A DNA stretch of 54,170 bases from contig NC_068997.1 of assembly GCF_001194135.2 (NCBI RefSeq), forward strand, positions 51,247,587 through 51,301,756, written 5' to 3'. Within the stretch, counting starts at the first letter, position 1. Every line of letters starts with the position of its first letter. The notes beneath the pieces are model-generated. The model saw nothing but the letters and a program-made list of their open reading frames with translations. It was not told the DNA's origin and did no database searches. The position numbers and the translations under genes are program-made. This document shows, in pieces, positions 23,823 to 35,051 of the stretch. The stretch comes from Octopus bimaculoides. Lineage: Eukaryota.

Positions 23823-24752
23823 NNNNNNNNNNNNNNNNNNNNNNNNNNNNNNNNNNNNNNNNNNNNNNNNNNNNNNNNNNNNNNNNNNNNNNNNNNNNNN
23901 NNNNNNNNNNNNNNNNNNNNNNNNNNNNNNNNNNNNNNNNNNNNNNNNNNNNNNNNNNNNNNNNNNNNNNNNNNNNNNNNNNNNNNNNNNNNNNNNNNNN
24001 NNNNNNNNNNNNNNNNNNNNNNNNNNNNNNNNNNNNNNNNNNNNNNNNNNNNNNNNNNNNNNNNNNNNNNNNNNNNNNNNNNNNNNNNNNNNNNNNNNNN
24101 NNNNNNNNNNNNNNNNNNNNNNNNNNNNNNNNNNNNNNNNNNNNNNNNNNNNNNNNNNNNNNNNNNNNNNNNNNNNNNNNNNNNNNNNNNNNNNNNNNNN
24201 NNNNNNNNNNNNNNNNNNNNNNNNNNNNNNNNNNNNNNNNNNNNNNNNNNNNNNNNNNNNNNNNNNNNNNNNNNNNNNNNNNNNNNNNNNNNNNNNNNNN
24301 NNNNNNNNNNNNNNNNNNNNNNNNNNNNNNNNNNNNNNNNNNNNNNNNNNNNNNNNNNNNNNNNNNNNNNNNNNNNNNNNNNNNNNNNNNNNNNNNNNNN
24401 NNNNNNNNNNNNNNNNNNNNNNNNNNNNNNNNNNNNNNNNNNNNNNNNNNNNNNNNNNNNNNNNNNNNNNNNNNNNNNNNNNNNNNNNNNNNNNNNNNNN
24501 NNNNNNNNNNNNNNNNNNNNNNNNNNNNNNNNNNNNNNNNNNNNNNNNNNNNNNNNNNNNNNNNNNNNNNNNNNNNNNNNNNNNNNNNNNNNNNNNNNNN
24601 NNNNNNNNNNNNNNNNNNNNNNNNNNNNNNNNNNNNNNNNNNNNNNNNNNNNNNNNNNNNNNNNNNNNNNNNNNNNNNNNNNNNNNNNNNNNNNNNNNNN
24701 NNNNNNNNNNNNNNNNNNNNNNNNNNNNNNNNNNNNNNNNNNNNNNNNNNNN
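23823..24752. other. Assembly gap (largest of 15 N-runs)
   Basis: N-run flanked by (TA)n on both sides. Confidence 0.99.
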
Positions 24753-24783
<31 letters not shown>

Positions 24784-25018
24784 TATATAAGACAAAATAG
24801 AGTGAAAAATCTACAGAAGGCTTGTGTTGTATGGTTAAAGAATATATTTAAATCATTATGTTAGAAAAATGTAAACTTTTGCTTATAGTAACATTGTTTT
24901 TGGAGAAATAACTGGTTTCATATTTTCTTTTCAAATTTCTCAAATTTCTTTACCTATATTGTGTATACACACATACACACACACACACACTGACATGTAT
25001 GACTGTTGGATGCTATCT

Positions 25019-25052
25019 GCTGACACCAGTTCCTCTTGGAACTGGTGTCAGC
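25019..25052. other. Perfect inverted repeat, 15-bp stem with 4-nt loop
   Basis: GCTGACACCAGTTCC-tctt-GGAACTGGTGTCAGC. Confidence 0.95.
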
Positions 25053-25379
25053 TTCATTCACTTTGGTGAGAGGAATGTAAGCACCTTTTCCTAGGTGTTC
25101 TCAATAACACACACACACGCACACACACACACAACACACACGTATACATGTATATAAATGAAGGGAATGTTTTGGTGGTGATTCTGAAAATCTCAGTTAC
25201 AACAAAAACAAGCCAACAAGCAAACAAACAAACAAAAAATACTTAAAACAGAAATCTTTCAAATAAATTCGTTACAAACTCGATGATTGACAGTTTGGAT
25301 CCATTTTGTATGGACCATTTTACTGTTTATATTTGACTAAACATACATGCTGACTATTGTTAATGATCCTCTCCCATAG

Positions 25380-25475
25380 CCCCACCCCGTTGGCCACAAG
25401 CATCAAGTCAACTCCATGTGACAGTGATAAGACCAATTTTGGAAATTTAGAAAACTGGAACCTCTCCGGTGGTCC
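25380..25475 (+). CDS. Candidate 96-nt symmetric internal exon, PTPLATSIKSTPCDSDKTNFGNLENWNLSGG
   Basis: Acceptor gatcctctcccatag, consensus donor TCC|gtaagt, one open frame (phase 2 to 2), GC-richer than its flanks. Product not recognised. Confidence 0.45.
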
Positions 25476-25693
25476 GTAAGTGACATTTCTCGTTAGTGAT
25501 ATTAATTTTTCTTCATTACACATCATCTTTTGATGGTGATGCCAACATATTCAATTGTAATTATGGCAGTGAGAAAGGGGAAGTTCTTGTTTTTTTTTTG
25601 TTATTTTATTTATATATTCATTCATTCATTTTTTTTTTTATGTTGGCGCTATCTGAATAATATCTTAACATGTTAATTTTTGCTCTGCTGTAG

Positions 25694-25711
25694 ACTAACA
25701 GAGCCATTGGA
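25694..25711 (+). CDS. Candidate 18-nt microexon (LTEPL)
   Basis: ttttgctctgctgtag|ACTAACAGAGCCATTGGA|gttagt; in phase with 25380-25475. Confidence 0.15.
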
Positions 25712-25989
25712 GTTAGTTTCCTGAAATAACAGCTTAGAAAATGGCTAACATGTTTATCTTTAAGGAAAAACACTTAGAATTAATTACACTAGTTAAGAGA
25801 GAGCGAGAGAGAGAGAGATGTTTCTTTCTCCTTTTTCTTCTTTTCTTTCTAAAAGTCCTCAAAGAATATGTTTTATAATTTTTCACTATGTTTTACAATT
25901 TTTCAAAAATTTTCTATTTCTTCACAATTTCATTCACCCCAACCAGTTATTTTTATTATTGTTGTTGTTATTATTATTATTATTATTAT

Positions 25990-26815
25990 TGAGGTGGCAA
26001 GTTGACAGAATTGTTAGCGGCATTTCATTCATCTTTACGTTGTGAGTTCAAATTTCGCCGAGGTCGACTTTGCCTTCCATCCTTTCGGGGGTCGATAAAA
26101 TAACTGCCAGTTTAACACTGGGGACTGATGCAATCGACTTAGTGCCTCCCCTAAAATTTCAGGCCTTGTGTCTATATTAGAAAGGATTATTATTATTATT
26201 ATTACTATTATTATTATTATTATTATTATTACTATTATTATTATTATTATTATTATTATTAAGGTGGCAAGCTGGCGGAATCGTTAGCTTGCTGGATGAA
26301 ATGCTTAGTGGTATTTTGTCTGCCACTACATTCTGAGTTCAAATTCCACCGAGGTCAACTTTACCTTTCATTCTTTCGGGGGTCGACAAAATACGTACCA
26401 GTTGAACACTGGGGTTGATGTAATCAACTAGTCCCCTCACCCCAAAGTTGCTGCCATTATGGCAAAAATTTGAAATCGTCATCATCATCATCATCATCAT
26501 CATCATTATTATTATTATTATTATTATTATTAATAATTTTATTATTAAGGTGGCAGGCTGGCAGAATAATTAGCACGCTGGGCAGAATGCTTAGTGGTAT
26601 TTCGTCTGTCGCTACATTCTGAGTTCAAATTCCGCCGAGGTCATCTTTGCCTTTCATCCTTTCAGGATCAATTAAATAAGTACCAGTTACACACTGGGGT
26701 CGATGTAAACGACTTAATCCACCCCCCCCCCCCNNNNNNNNNNNNNNNNNNNNNNNNNNNNNNNNNNNNNNNNNATCAAATATGAGGCCTTGTGCTCCCA
26801 GTAGAAAGAATTACT
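25990..26815 (+). mobile_element. Three head-to-tail family A SINEs separated by (ATT)n/(CAT)n
   Basis: Copies at about 25990-26190, 26261-26480 and 26547-26815. Confidence 0.9.
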
Positions 26816-27121
26816 ATTATCATTATAAACATATTTTGTTTACATGAAATCCTGAAGTCATTGGTTGTACCATTTTTTTTTTTTTTTCTGAAAGTCTTTC
26901 TAACCCTAATCTTCCCCCCTTTTCCTTTCCTTTCACAGACGTTTTCATTTTCCTTTTAATAATACTTCTTCTCTGCACTCTGTTTTTTTTTTTTTGCATT
27001 GCGACTGGCAATTACATTGATGCACTTTTCAAAAAATACAACAGATAAGAAAACAGAACTAATTTCTCAATTGTCTTTTTGTGAAATGTTTATCTCCTGT
27101 GTTTTCCTAAATGGATTCCAG

Positions 27122-27241
27122 GTGGCCTCATCAGTTACTGAAACTCACAATGGAATATTACTGCCATATTTAGAACATAACAGCAACATTGTCTCAAATG
27201 TAGGAACAGTATCACAGCCAAACATCACAGACTGCATCTGA
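27122..27241 (+). CDS. Candidate terminal exon, VASSVTETHNGILLPYLEHNSNIVSNVGTVSQPNITDCI*
   Basis: Acceptor tttcctaaatggattccag; 39 open codons of non-repetitive peptide; moderately GC-rich sequence after the stop. Confidence 0.3.
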   Translation: MASSVTETHNGILLPYLEHNSNIVSNVGTVSQPNITDCI

Positions 27242-27471
27242 AAGAATAACAAAGAGATGCCACTTGTCTGATTGCCATGGATTTGCTCACCAAAAACACG
27301 GTGACCTCTGACCTGTACATGTAGCCAGAGGGTGGAGTCTGCCTCTTCTCTCTACATAATTGATTTCATTGATGAGAGAATTTTCCAGTAATTAATTAAA
27401 AGTTTGATTATTAGTAATTTTTTGTTTGTCATCCATTTGAATTACCATTTTTGATGGCATAAAAGACTTAC

Positions 27472-27511
27472 AGGTTTATTAGAAACCACTCCAATTCCAT
27501 TTGCTCATATT
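27472..27511 (-). CDS. Candidate 40-nt exon, YEQMELEWFLIN
   Basis: Acceptor ggttttccag, donor CCT|gtaagt; only phase 1 to 2 is open. Confidence 0.25.
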
Positions 27512-27749
27512 CTGGAAAACCAGGTTCTTAACACATTAAAACATATACTCGTGTCCTATAGGATCAGCTTTGCACATAGGGCCTGGGGTAATTTTTCGAG
27601 GGGTTTTTTGGGGGGTGGAAAAAGAGTATCTTACAGCCCATCAAAACCATATTTAAATTTCCTCCCAAATGAATCATTGCAAAATGAGGCTAAATCTAAA
27701 TTTAAATAAATTTAAAGACTCAATAAGGGTGTGTCTTTAGCCCTTCTAT

Positions 27750-28065
27750 GTTGTTGTTGTTGTTTGTTCCTTCTCGAACCATGCCTGGCTCATAAGGGCC
27801 GGTTTGCTGGTTTCATTAGCGTATAGGTTCCCCACCTGGATGGGATGCCAAGTCTGTCACAGGTGAGCTGCTAGATGCAGGAGGAAAGATTGAAAGAAAG
27901 TTGTGGTGAAAGATTCAGCAGAAGTTCACCATTACCTTCTGCCGGAGCCATGTAGAAGCTTAGGTGTTTCACTCATAAACACACGCATCACCTGGTCTGA
28001 GATTCGAACCTGCAATCCCTCAACTACGAGTCCGCTACTCTAACCACTAGGCCATGTGCTTCCAC
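27750..28065 (-). mobile_element. tRNA-headed SINE ('family D') with 13-bp TSD
   Basis: A-box tggcctagtgg and B-box ggttcgaatc on the minus strand; (caa)n tail; flanks ttagcccttctat / ttagccccgctat (11/13). Confidence 0.85.
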
Positions 28066-28082
28066 TTAGCCCCGCTATATAG

Positions 28083-28400
28083 TAGGGCTAAAAGCATACA
28101 TAGAACTAGCATCAAAATAAGACCAAAATCCTAAAAGGGCTTCAGTTCACAATAAAGGTAAAATCAGAATGGGTGCTTAATTCAGGTTAGGGCTAATGTC
28201 AAAAATAGGGATAAAATTGCAAATAAGGATATAATCGAAATAGGACTTAATTCAGAATGGAACTAAAATCCTAGCAGGGCTTCAATCACAAAAGGGCTAA
28301 AATCCTAACAGAGCTAAAATTACAAATATGGTAAAAGCTAAAATAGGGCTACATCAAATTTATGCAAGAATTAAATGGGGCTTATTTTGAAATCCAAACG
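28083..28400. repeat. Degenerate ~18-bp minisatellite (AGGGCTAAAATC..AAT-like)
   Basis: Recurrent gggcta/aaaatc motifs at roughly 18-nt spacing. Confidence 0.6.
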
Positions 28401-28494
28401 GGGCTAAAATTGCAAATATTTAATTTGCTTTTATTTCATTTATCAAAGCATATTTTTTTGTATGAGAACAGGAATAAGTAGTCCATAATTGCTC

Positions 28495-29370
28495 CGCTAC
28501 ATCACCACCACTACGATGACCACTACTACAACCACTATTGCCACTACCACCACCATAACAACCACCGCCACTACTACAACCATCACTACTATCATTATTG
28601 CATTACACCCACTATCATCATGACCTCTACACTACTACTACTACTGTTGCTGCTGCTGCTGCTGTCACCATTATCCACAGCTCTACTGCCACCAACACCA
28701 CAACAGCTACCACCATTGTTGCTGCTGCTGCCACCACCACTACCACTACTGCTGCTGCTGCTGCTTGTTAATATATATTTTCGTTTTCATTTCATTTCTG
28801 TCCTGAGAGATTGAAGTCGATTTTTGCCAGAAACCACAAGGAAAGAATTGATAATTAGTGAGGTACTTAATCATAGATAATAACGATATTTTAAAAAGAT
28901 AATAGTTGTAATTATCATGTTCATCATCACCATCATCATGACCATCATTATCGCTGTCACCTCCATCATCATCTGCATCATTGTCACACCATCATCATCA
29001 CCAACATCTTCATCATCATCCCCCATCACCATCATCACCACCCCCACCATCCTCATCATAATCACTACCATCTTCCTCCTCCTCATCCCTACTTCACTGT
29101 CACCTTCGCTATCACCACCACCACCACCACTGCCGCCGCAATCATCATCACCATCACCTTCTCTGCCACCACCACCATCACCACCACCATCACCTCCAAC
29201 TCTATCACCACTGTCATCATCACCGTCACCACTATCGTCATCATCATCCCCACACCACTATCATCCTCACCACCACATGCACCACCACCAACAACAACAA
29301 CATTAGCATCACCACCACCACCACCACCACCACTTCCACCACCACCACCACCACCACCACCACCACCAAA
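28495..29370. repeat. (CAC/CAT/ACT/GCT)n trinucleotide fields
   Basis: Directly visible; a ~140-bp unique island lies at about 28770-28915. Confidence 0.9.
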
Positions 29371-29806
29371 CTTTTACATGAATACTATCAATGGATTCCT
29401 GTGTTGAGATTTAATAACAGCAAGCTCCTTTAACTCTCAGGTGTGTTGTAATTAATTCTTGAAAGAAATACAAGATGAGAATGTTCTGTAACTTTGGTAT
29501 TGTGGTCTTAAATTCCAAAATATCTTCATCCTCTAAAACAGCTGCAATTGAGTTTCTTCTTTGAGATCTTTTGGAAAATTAGTAATAAATTCCATTCACT
29601 GCCATTTGTCCTTGAATTTTCTGCATTCTTCAATCAAGATCTGACAATTTTGCAATATTTTTCTTCTACTTCCTTTCTGCTAACATATTGTACCACCACC
29701 ACCCTCATCATTTTAATGACCGCTTTTCTATGCTTGCATAGGTCAGATGGAATTTGTTGAGGTTAATTTTCTACAGCTGCATGCATTTACTGTTGCCAAC
29801 CCTCAC

Positions 29807-29861
29807 CTGTATCCAAGTAAGGTAACACGCTACCATAGCTAGACATATTCTTCACAAAAGA
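29807..29861 (-). CDS. Candidate 55-nt exon, SFVKNMSSYGSVLPYLDT
   Basis: Acceptor gcttgcttccag, donor CAG|gtgagg; only phase 0 to 1 is open. A competing plus-strand exon overlaps it. Confidence 0.25.
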
Positions 29862-29970
29862 CTGGAAGCAAGCAACCTCACTATTATAACAATGATGCTT
29901 ATTTATATCAAGAAAATACACAGAAACACATGCAAACATTAACACACATACATACACACATACATACATA

Positions 29971-30235
29971 TCATGGACGAATAGCCGGATTACTACCTCC
30001 CACTTCGAAGGGTATGCGTTTGCAATCCAGGAACAGGAAATATCAACCAAGTACCTGATGCACAAAAGGGATGGAGATGCGGGAAAGCCTTAAAATATGA
30101 CAACCAATGCAGATATCTTCACACTGAAGATATCACCCACATTATAAACAATAGTGTGAAAATGTCATCAAGGTATTATCTACTGATGAGACGTGACGTT
30201 GTTGCTAGGACACTTTTTTGCATAGTATTCAAATA
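29971..30235 (+). pseudogene. R4/Dong-like (RLE-type) non-LTR retrotransposon fragment
   Basis: SHFEGYAFAIQEQEISTKYL then (frameshift) DNQCRYLHTEDITHII...SSRYYLLMRRDVVART. This matches the EG...AIQEQ motif, the zinc-knuckle region and the RHD motif of R4-clade ORFs. Confidence 0.7.
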
Positions 30236-30597
30236 CAAGGGGCATTTTCCTTGTTTCTGCCTGTCTCTGTCTCTCTTGTTTACTCTTGTGGGTTCGAGGT
30301 CGTTGTGTATATANNNNNNNNNNNNNNNNNNNNNNNNNNNNNNNNNNNNNNNNNNNNNNNNNNNNNNNNNNNNNNNNNNNNNNNNNNNNNNNNNNNNNNN
30401 NNNNNNNNNNNNNNNNNNNNNNNNNNNNNNNNNNNNNNNNNNNNNNNNNNNNNNNNNNNNNNNNNNNNNNNNNNNNNNNNNNNNNNNNNNNNNNNNNNNN
30501 NNNNNNNNNNNNNNNNNNNNNNNNNNNNNNNNNNNNNNNNNNNNNNNNNNNNNNNNNNNNNNNNNNNNNNNNNNNNNNNNNNNNNNNNNNNNNNNNN

Positions 30598-30648
<51 letters not shown>

Positions 30649-31124
30649 TGAAGTTCATGGAACTAATTTCTTTCTATTATTTAATCTCATTATGTTCCTA
30701 ACTGATTGAAAGATTATTTACAGTACCTCCCCACCCACCTCCCCCAGCACAGGTGACTTTTATTTAAATATTGTGTATTTTCAGAAGTTTTAAATATTTC
30801 CATGTCCGCATCATAGAAGTATAGGCACATTGTGTTCATAAATTTACTGCTCATTTAAGATAACAACACTGTGTACATACACACATACATGTACACATAC
30901 ATACATACATACATATATACATACCTACATACATACATACATGTACATACATACACATATATATGCATACATTTTTGAATCAATCTATCACCAAATTTTT
31001 TTTGTTAAAATATAAATTTGGCACTAATTGCTTCCTAATTATTCATAACAAATTTATTTTCTGCGTATGTGTATGTCAGTGTATACTGTTTGTGTGGTTG
31101 TGTGTGTATAACTCTATTTTTACT

Positions 31125-31500
31125 CTTTTACTTGTTTCAGTCATTTGACTGTAGCCATGCTGGAGTACCGCCTTTAGTTGAATAATTTGACCCCAGGACT
31201 TATTCTTTGTAAGCTTAATACTTATTCTATTGGTCACTTTTGCCGAACTGCTAAGTTACGAGAATGTAAACACACCAATATCGGTTGTCAGGCGATGGTG
31301 AGTGGACAAATACAGACACACAAACACATATATATATATATGTAAATATACAACAGGCTTCTTTCAGTTTCCGTCTACCAAATCCACTTACAAGGCTTTG
31401 GTTGGCCCAAGGCTATAGTAGAAGACACATACCCAAGGTGCCACACAGTGGGACTGAACCAAGAACCATGTGGTTGGGAAGCAAGCTCCTCACTACACAG
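31125..31500 (-). mobile_element. Family B CORE-type SINE
   Basis: Complete reverse-complement copy. Confidence 0.85.
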
Positions 31501-31728
31501 TAACGTTACATTCTGTACGGGTGTGTGTGTGTGTGTATTATTAATTTGTTTCTCAAGGCAGCAAGTTGGCCGAATTGTCACCGTGCTGGACAATGCTCAG
31601 CAGCATTTCTTCGGAATCATTACCATCTGTGGTTTTCTGCCTGGCCAGCTCCTGTTTAGCTCCTGTCCAACCCATACCAGCATAGAAGGTGGACATTAAA
31701 CAAAAATGATGATGATGATGATAATGAT

Positions 31729-31760
<32 letters not shown>

Positions 31761-31912
31761 TGCATGCGCACGCGAAGCTGCTGTCACAGTGGGTCATCTG
31801 TTTATTTTAAATTTCTTGACAGTTGAAAGCTACTTGTGTTTGTCATGGGTTCCATCGTTGACCTCTGACATCACATACACCACTGACAACACCAAACACT
31901 GGCAGGACATAC

Positions 31913-32000
31913 ATCATTGACCTCTTGACCACCTGTCTTCAGCTTTATCGATTCCACCCTATACTTCTCTGTGATGATACTCATTTTATAAGAGACTCTA
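31913..32000 (-). CDS. Candidate 88-nt exon, RVSYKMSIITEKYRVESIKLKTGGQEVND
   Basis: Acceptor taatctttacatttcag, donor GAT|gtatgt; only phase 2 to 0 is open. Confidence 0.35.
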
Positions 32001-32059
32001 CTGAAATGTAAAGATTACACAGGTCAGCATGTTAAGCTGAAACTAAATTTAGTTTAATG

Positions 32060-32063
32060 GAAA

Positions 32064-32096
<33 letters not shown>

Positions 32097-32760
32097 CCCT
32101 CTTTGTGTCTTTCTCTCTCTCTCTCTCTCTCTCTCCCTCTCCCTCTGTGTGTCTTTCTCTTTCTCTCTTTGTCTGGCTCTATCTATGTCTCTATGTCTGT
32201 CCATCTGTCTGTCTGTCCATCTGTCTGTCTGTCCATCTGTCTGTCTGTCCATCTGTCTGTCTGTCCATCTGTCTGTCTGTCCATCTGTCTGTCTGTCCAT
32301 CTGTCTGTCTGTCCATCTGTCTGTCTGTCCATCTGTCTGTCTGTCCATCTGTCTGTCTGTCCATCTGTCTGTCTGTCTGTCTATCTCTGTCTCTCTTTTC
32401 CTGTTTTTTTTTCCCCTTCTGTGTGCGTGTCCCTCTCTCTCTATCTCTGTCCCTCTCAATTTGTCTGTCTGTCTGTCTCTGCTTGTTTCTGCATGTGTGT
32501 CTTGTCCTCTCTATATTTGTCTTTCTCTTTATTTCTCTGCTTCTTTTTCTCTGTCTGTCTGTCTCTATCTTTGTCTCTTTTTCTCTCTTTCTATCTGTCT
32601 CTTTCTGTCTTTGTCTCTCTCTCTCTCTCTTTGTGTCTATCTGTCTCTTTTTGCCTGTTTCTTTATGTGTGTGTATATGTATACATCTCTCTCTGATTGA
32701 GTGTCTCTTTGTCTTACTCTGTCTGTCTGTCTGTCTCTCTCGGACTGAAAGTGAGAGAGA
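32060..32760. repeat. CT-rich tract containing a 16-bp [(CCAT)(CTGT)3]n array
   Basis: About 11 perfect 16-mers at about 32197-32380. Confidence 0.95.
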
Positions 32761-32824
32761 GAGAGAATGGTGAAGAGGACGGAATTGCGATATTCTGTTT
32801 CTTAATTTAATTGATGATATGATT

Positions 32825-32862
32825 GAAGTGAATGGATCTGGTAGACAGAAACTGGAAGAAAC

Positions 32863-32900
<38 letters not shown>

Positions 32901-33135
32901 CATACACATAAATATATATATGTGTGTTTGTCCCCACCACCATTTGACAACTGGTGTTGATGTACTTACGTCCCTATAACTTAGAGGTTCAATAAAAGAA
33001 ATCGATAGAATAAGTACCAAAAAAAGAAAAAAACACCAAAAAACAGTATCGCAGTTGATTCATTTGACTAAAAATTCTTCAAGGTGGTGCCCCAGCATGG
33101 CCGCAGTCAAATGACTGAAACAAGTTAAAGATAAA
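32825..33135 (+). mobile_element. Family B SINE, 5'-truncated
   Basis: tggatctggtagacagaaactg...ccgcagtcaaatgactgaaacaag. Confidence 0.8.
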
Positions 33136-33619
33136 AGATCAAAAAATAACCATCTCTTTAACCAATTTCCATCTCCTTCTGTTGCACGTGAGCCATTTTC
33201 TTCAGCACCGCAGAGCCTCGGGTAAAACCAAATTTTTCATTAACAACATTTGCTTGTACTTAACCAATTCCATCTCTTCCAAAACATACTACGCAAACCA
33301 AAGATTGTGTTCCTAATTACTACCAAATAGACAGCATTTAGTGTCTCTCGCAGACCTGCTAAACCCTCTACCCTACCAACTTATAGTCCTTCACCTAAGA
33401 TATAGTGCCTGTTGTATAACCAGTGGCTTTTTCATGGAAGCTACAGCTCGTTCTTCTCCTTCTTTTTCTTCTTCTTATTGGAGCCAACATGTGGTAATGC
33501 ATCCAATTAAAAGAAACAATAATTAAGAACAGATGTATTATCTGTGTTTCTGTAAGGCTGAGAAGCTTTGATGTTGGAACAATCTGATCAAATTTTCCTA
33601 ACTTTATCTCTATGAGTAC

Positions 33620-34092
33620 ACACACACACACACACACACACATGAATACAAGCATACATACATCCATGTATACACACATACATACATGCATGCATACATA
33701 CATGCACACATAGGTACTTACATACATGCATATATACGTACATATGTACATACAGACATACATATATTTGTATATACTTGCATATATGCAAACACATAAA
33801 CATATACACATCCATACGTAAAACTATACATACACACATATACATACATGCATTCCTACACACATACACACACATACATGCATGCATGTTTACATACAAA
33901 CGCACAGACATACATGCATCCATACATAAAATTATGCAGGCATACACATGCATACATACATACACATACATACACATATACATGCATGTATTCATACATA
34001 CATGCCTACATGTTCATATACACAAACATCCATATGTCCATTCATAAAATTACACACACAAAATTTCACACACACACACAAGTGTGTGTGTG
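33620..34092. repeat. Alternating purine-pyrimidine (CA/TACA/CATG) low-complexity tract
   Basis: Directly visible. Confidence 0.9.
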
Positions 34093-34829
34093 AGGATTTA
34101 ACATGAAACAATCAATTGTATCTCACATCTCTTTCATTTCATTCAAAATTTGTTATTGTTTTATTTCTTTTATTTACCTTTTTTTTTTATATATATATTT
34201 GATTGTTATTTCCTCATTTTCCTTAATTGTTTCTGTAATCTTTGATGCCATTTTAATTCATATCCATCAACTCATCCATCCATCCCGCCATTCATTCATT
34301 CTCTTTCTCTCACATCCATTATGAGTCTACAGTATGAGTCTAAATCGTTAAACCAGAATTTTTCCCAATTTCTATGGCATTTAAATGATCAAGAGTCAAC
34401 TTGTCACCGCTGAGAAAGAGTCAGTTGATCACAGGGTTAACCCTCGGTTATTCCTGGTACTCATGTTTTTAGCTGAGTTGACTGAATCAGTGTGAAGCGA
34501 GATGTTTCACTCGAGAACACAATACACTGCTGATCTGTGAATTCAAAACCACATTACATTTGTGAAACCAATAACCTATCCAACAGGCCATACAAATCTG
34601 TGGCATGGCTGCGTGGTTTAGGAGCTTGTTTTTAAATCACATGGTCTTAGGTTCAGTCCCATTTTGGAGCATAATGCAGGTGCCTTCCCTTATAGTCCGG
34701 GGTTGACCAAAGCCCCAGAACCTTGAGAATGAATTTGGTAGATGGAACCTAAAAGAAACTCATCATGTGTGCATATATTTATATATACATCATATATATA
34801 TATACACATATATATATATATATGTATAC

Positions 34830-34873
<44 letters not shown>

Positions 34874-34977
34874 ATACAATATGTATATAATGTATCTAAT
34901 TAGATATATATAATGTATGGACGTCTGACTGGCTCCCGTGCCGGTGGCATGTAAAAAGCAGGCACCANNNNNNNNNN

Positions 34978-35051
<74 letters not shown>

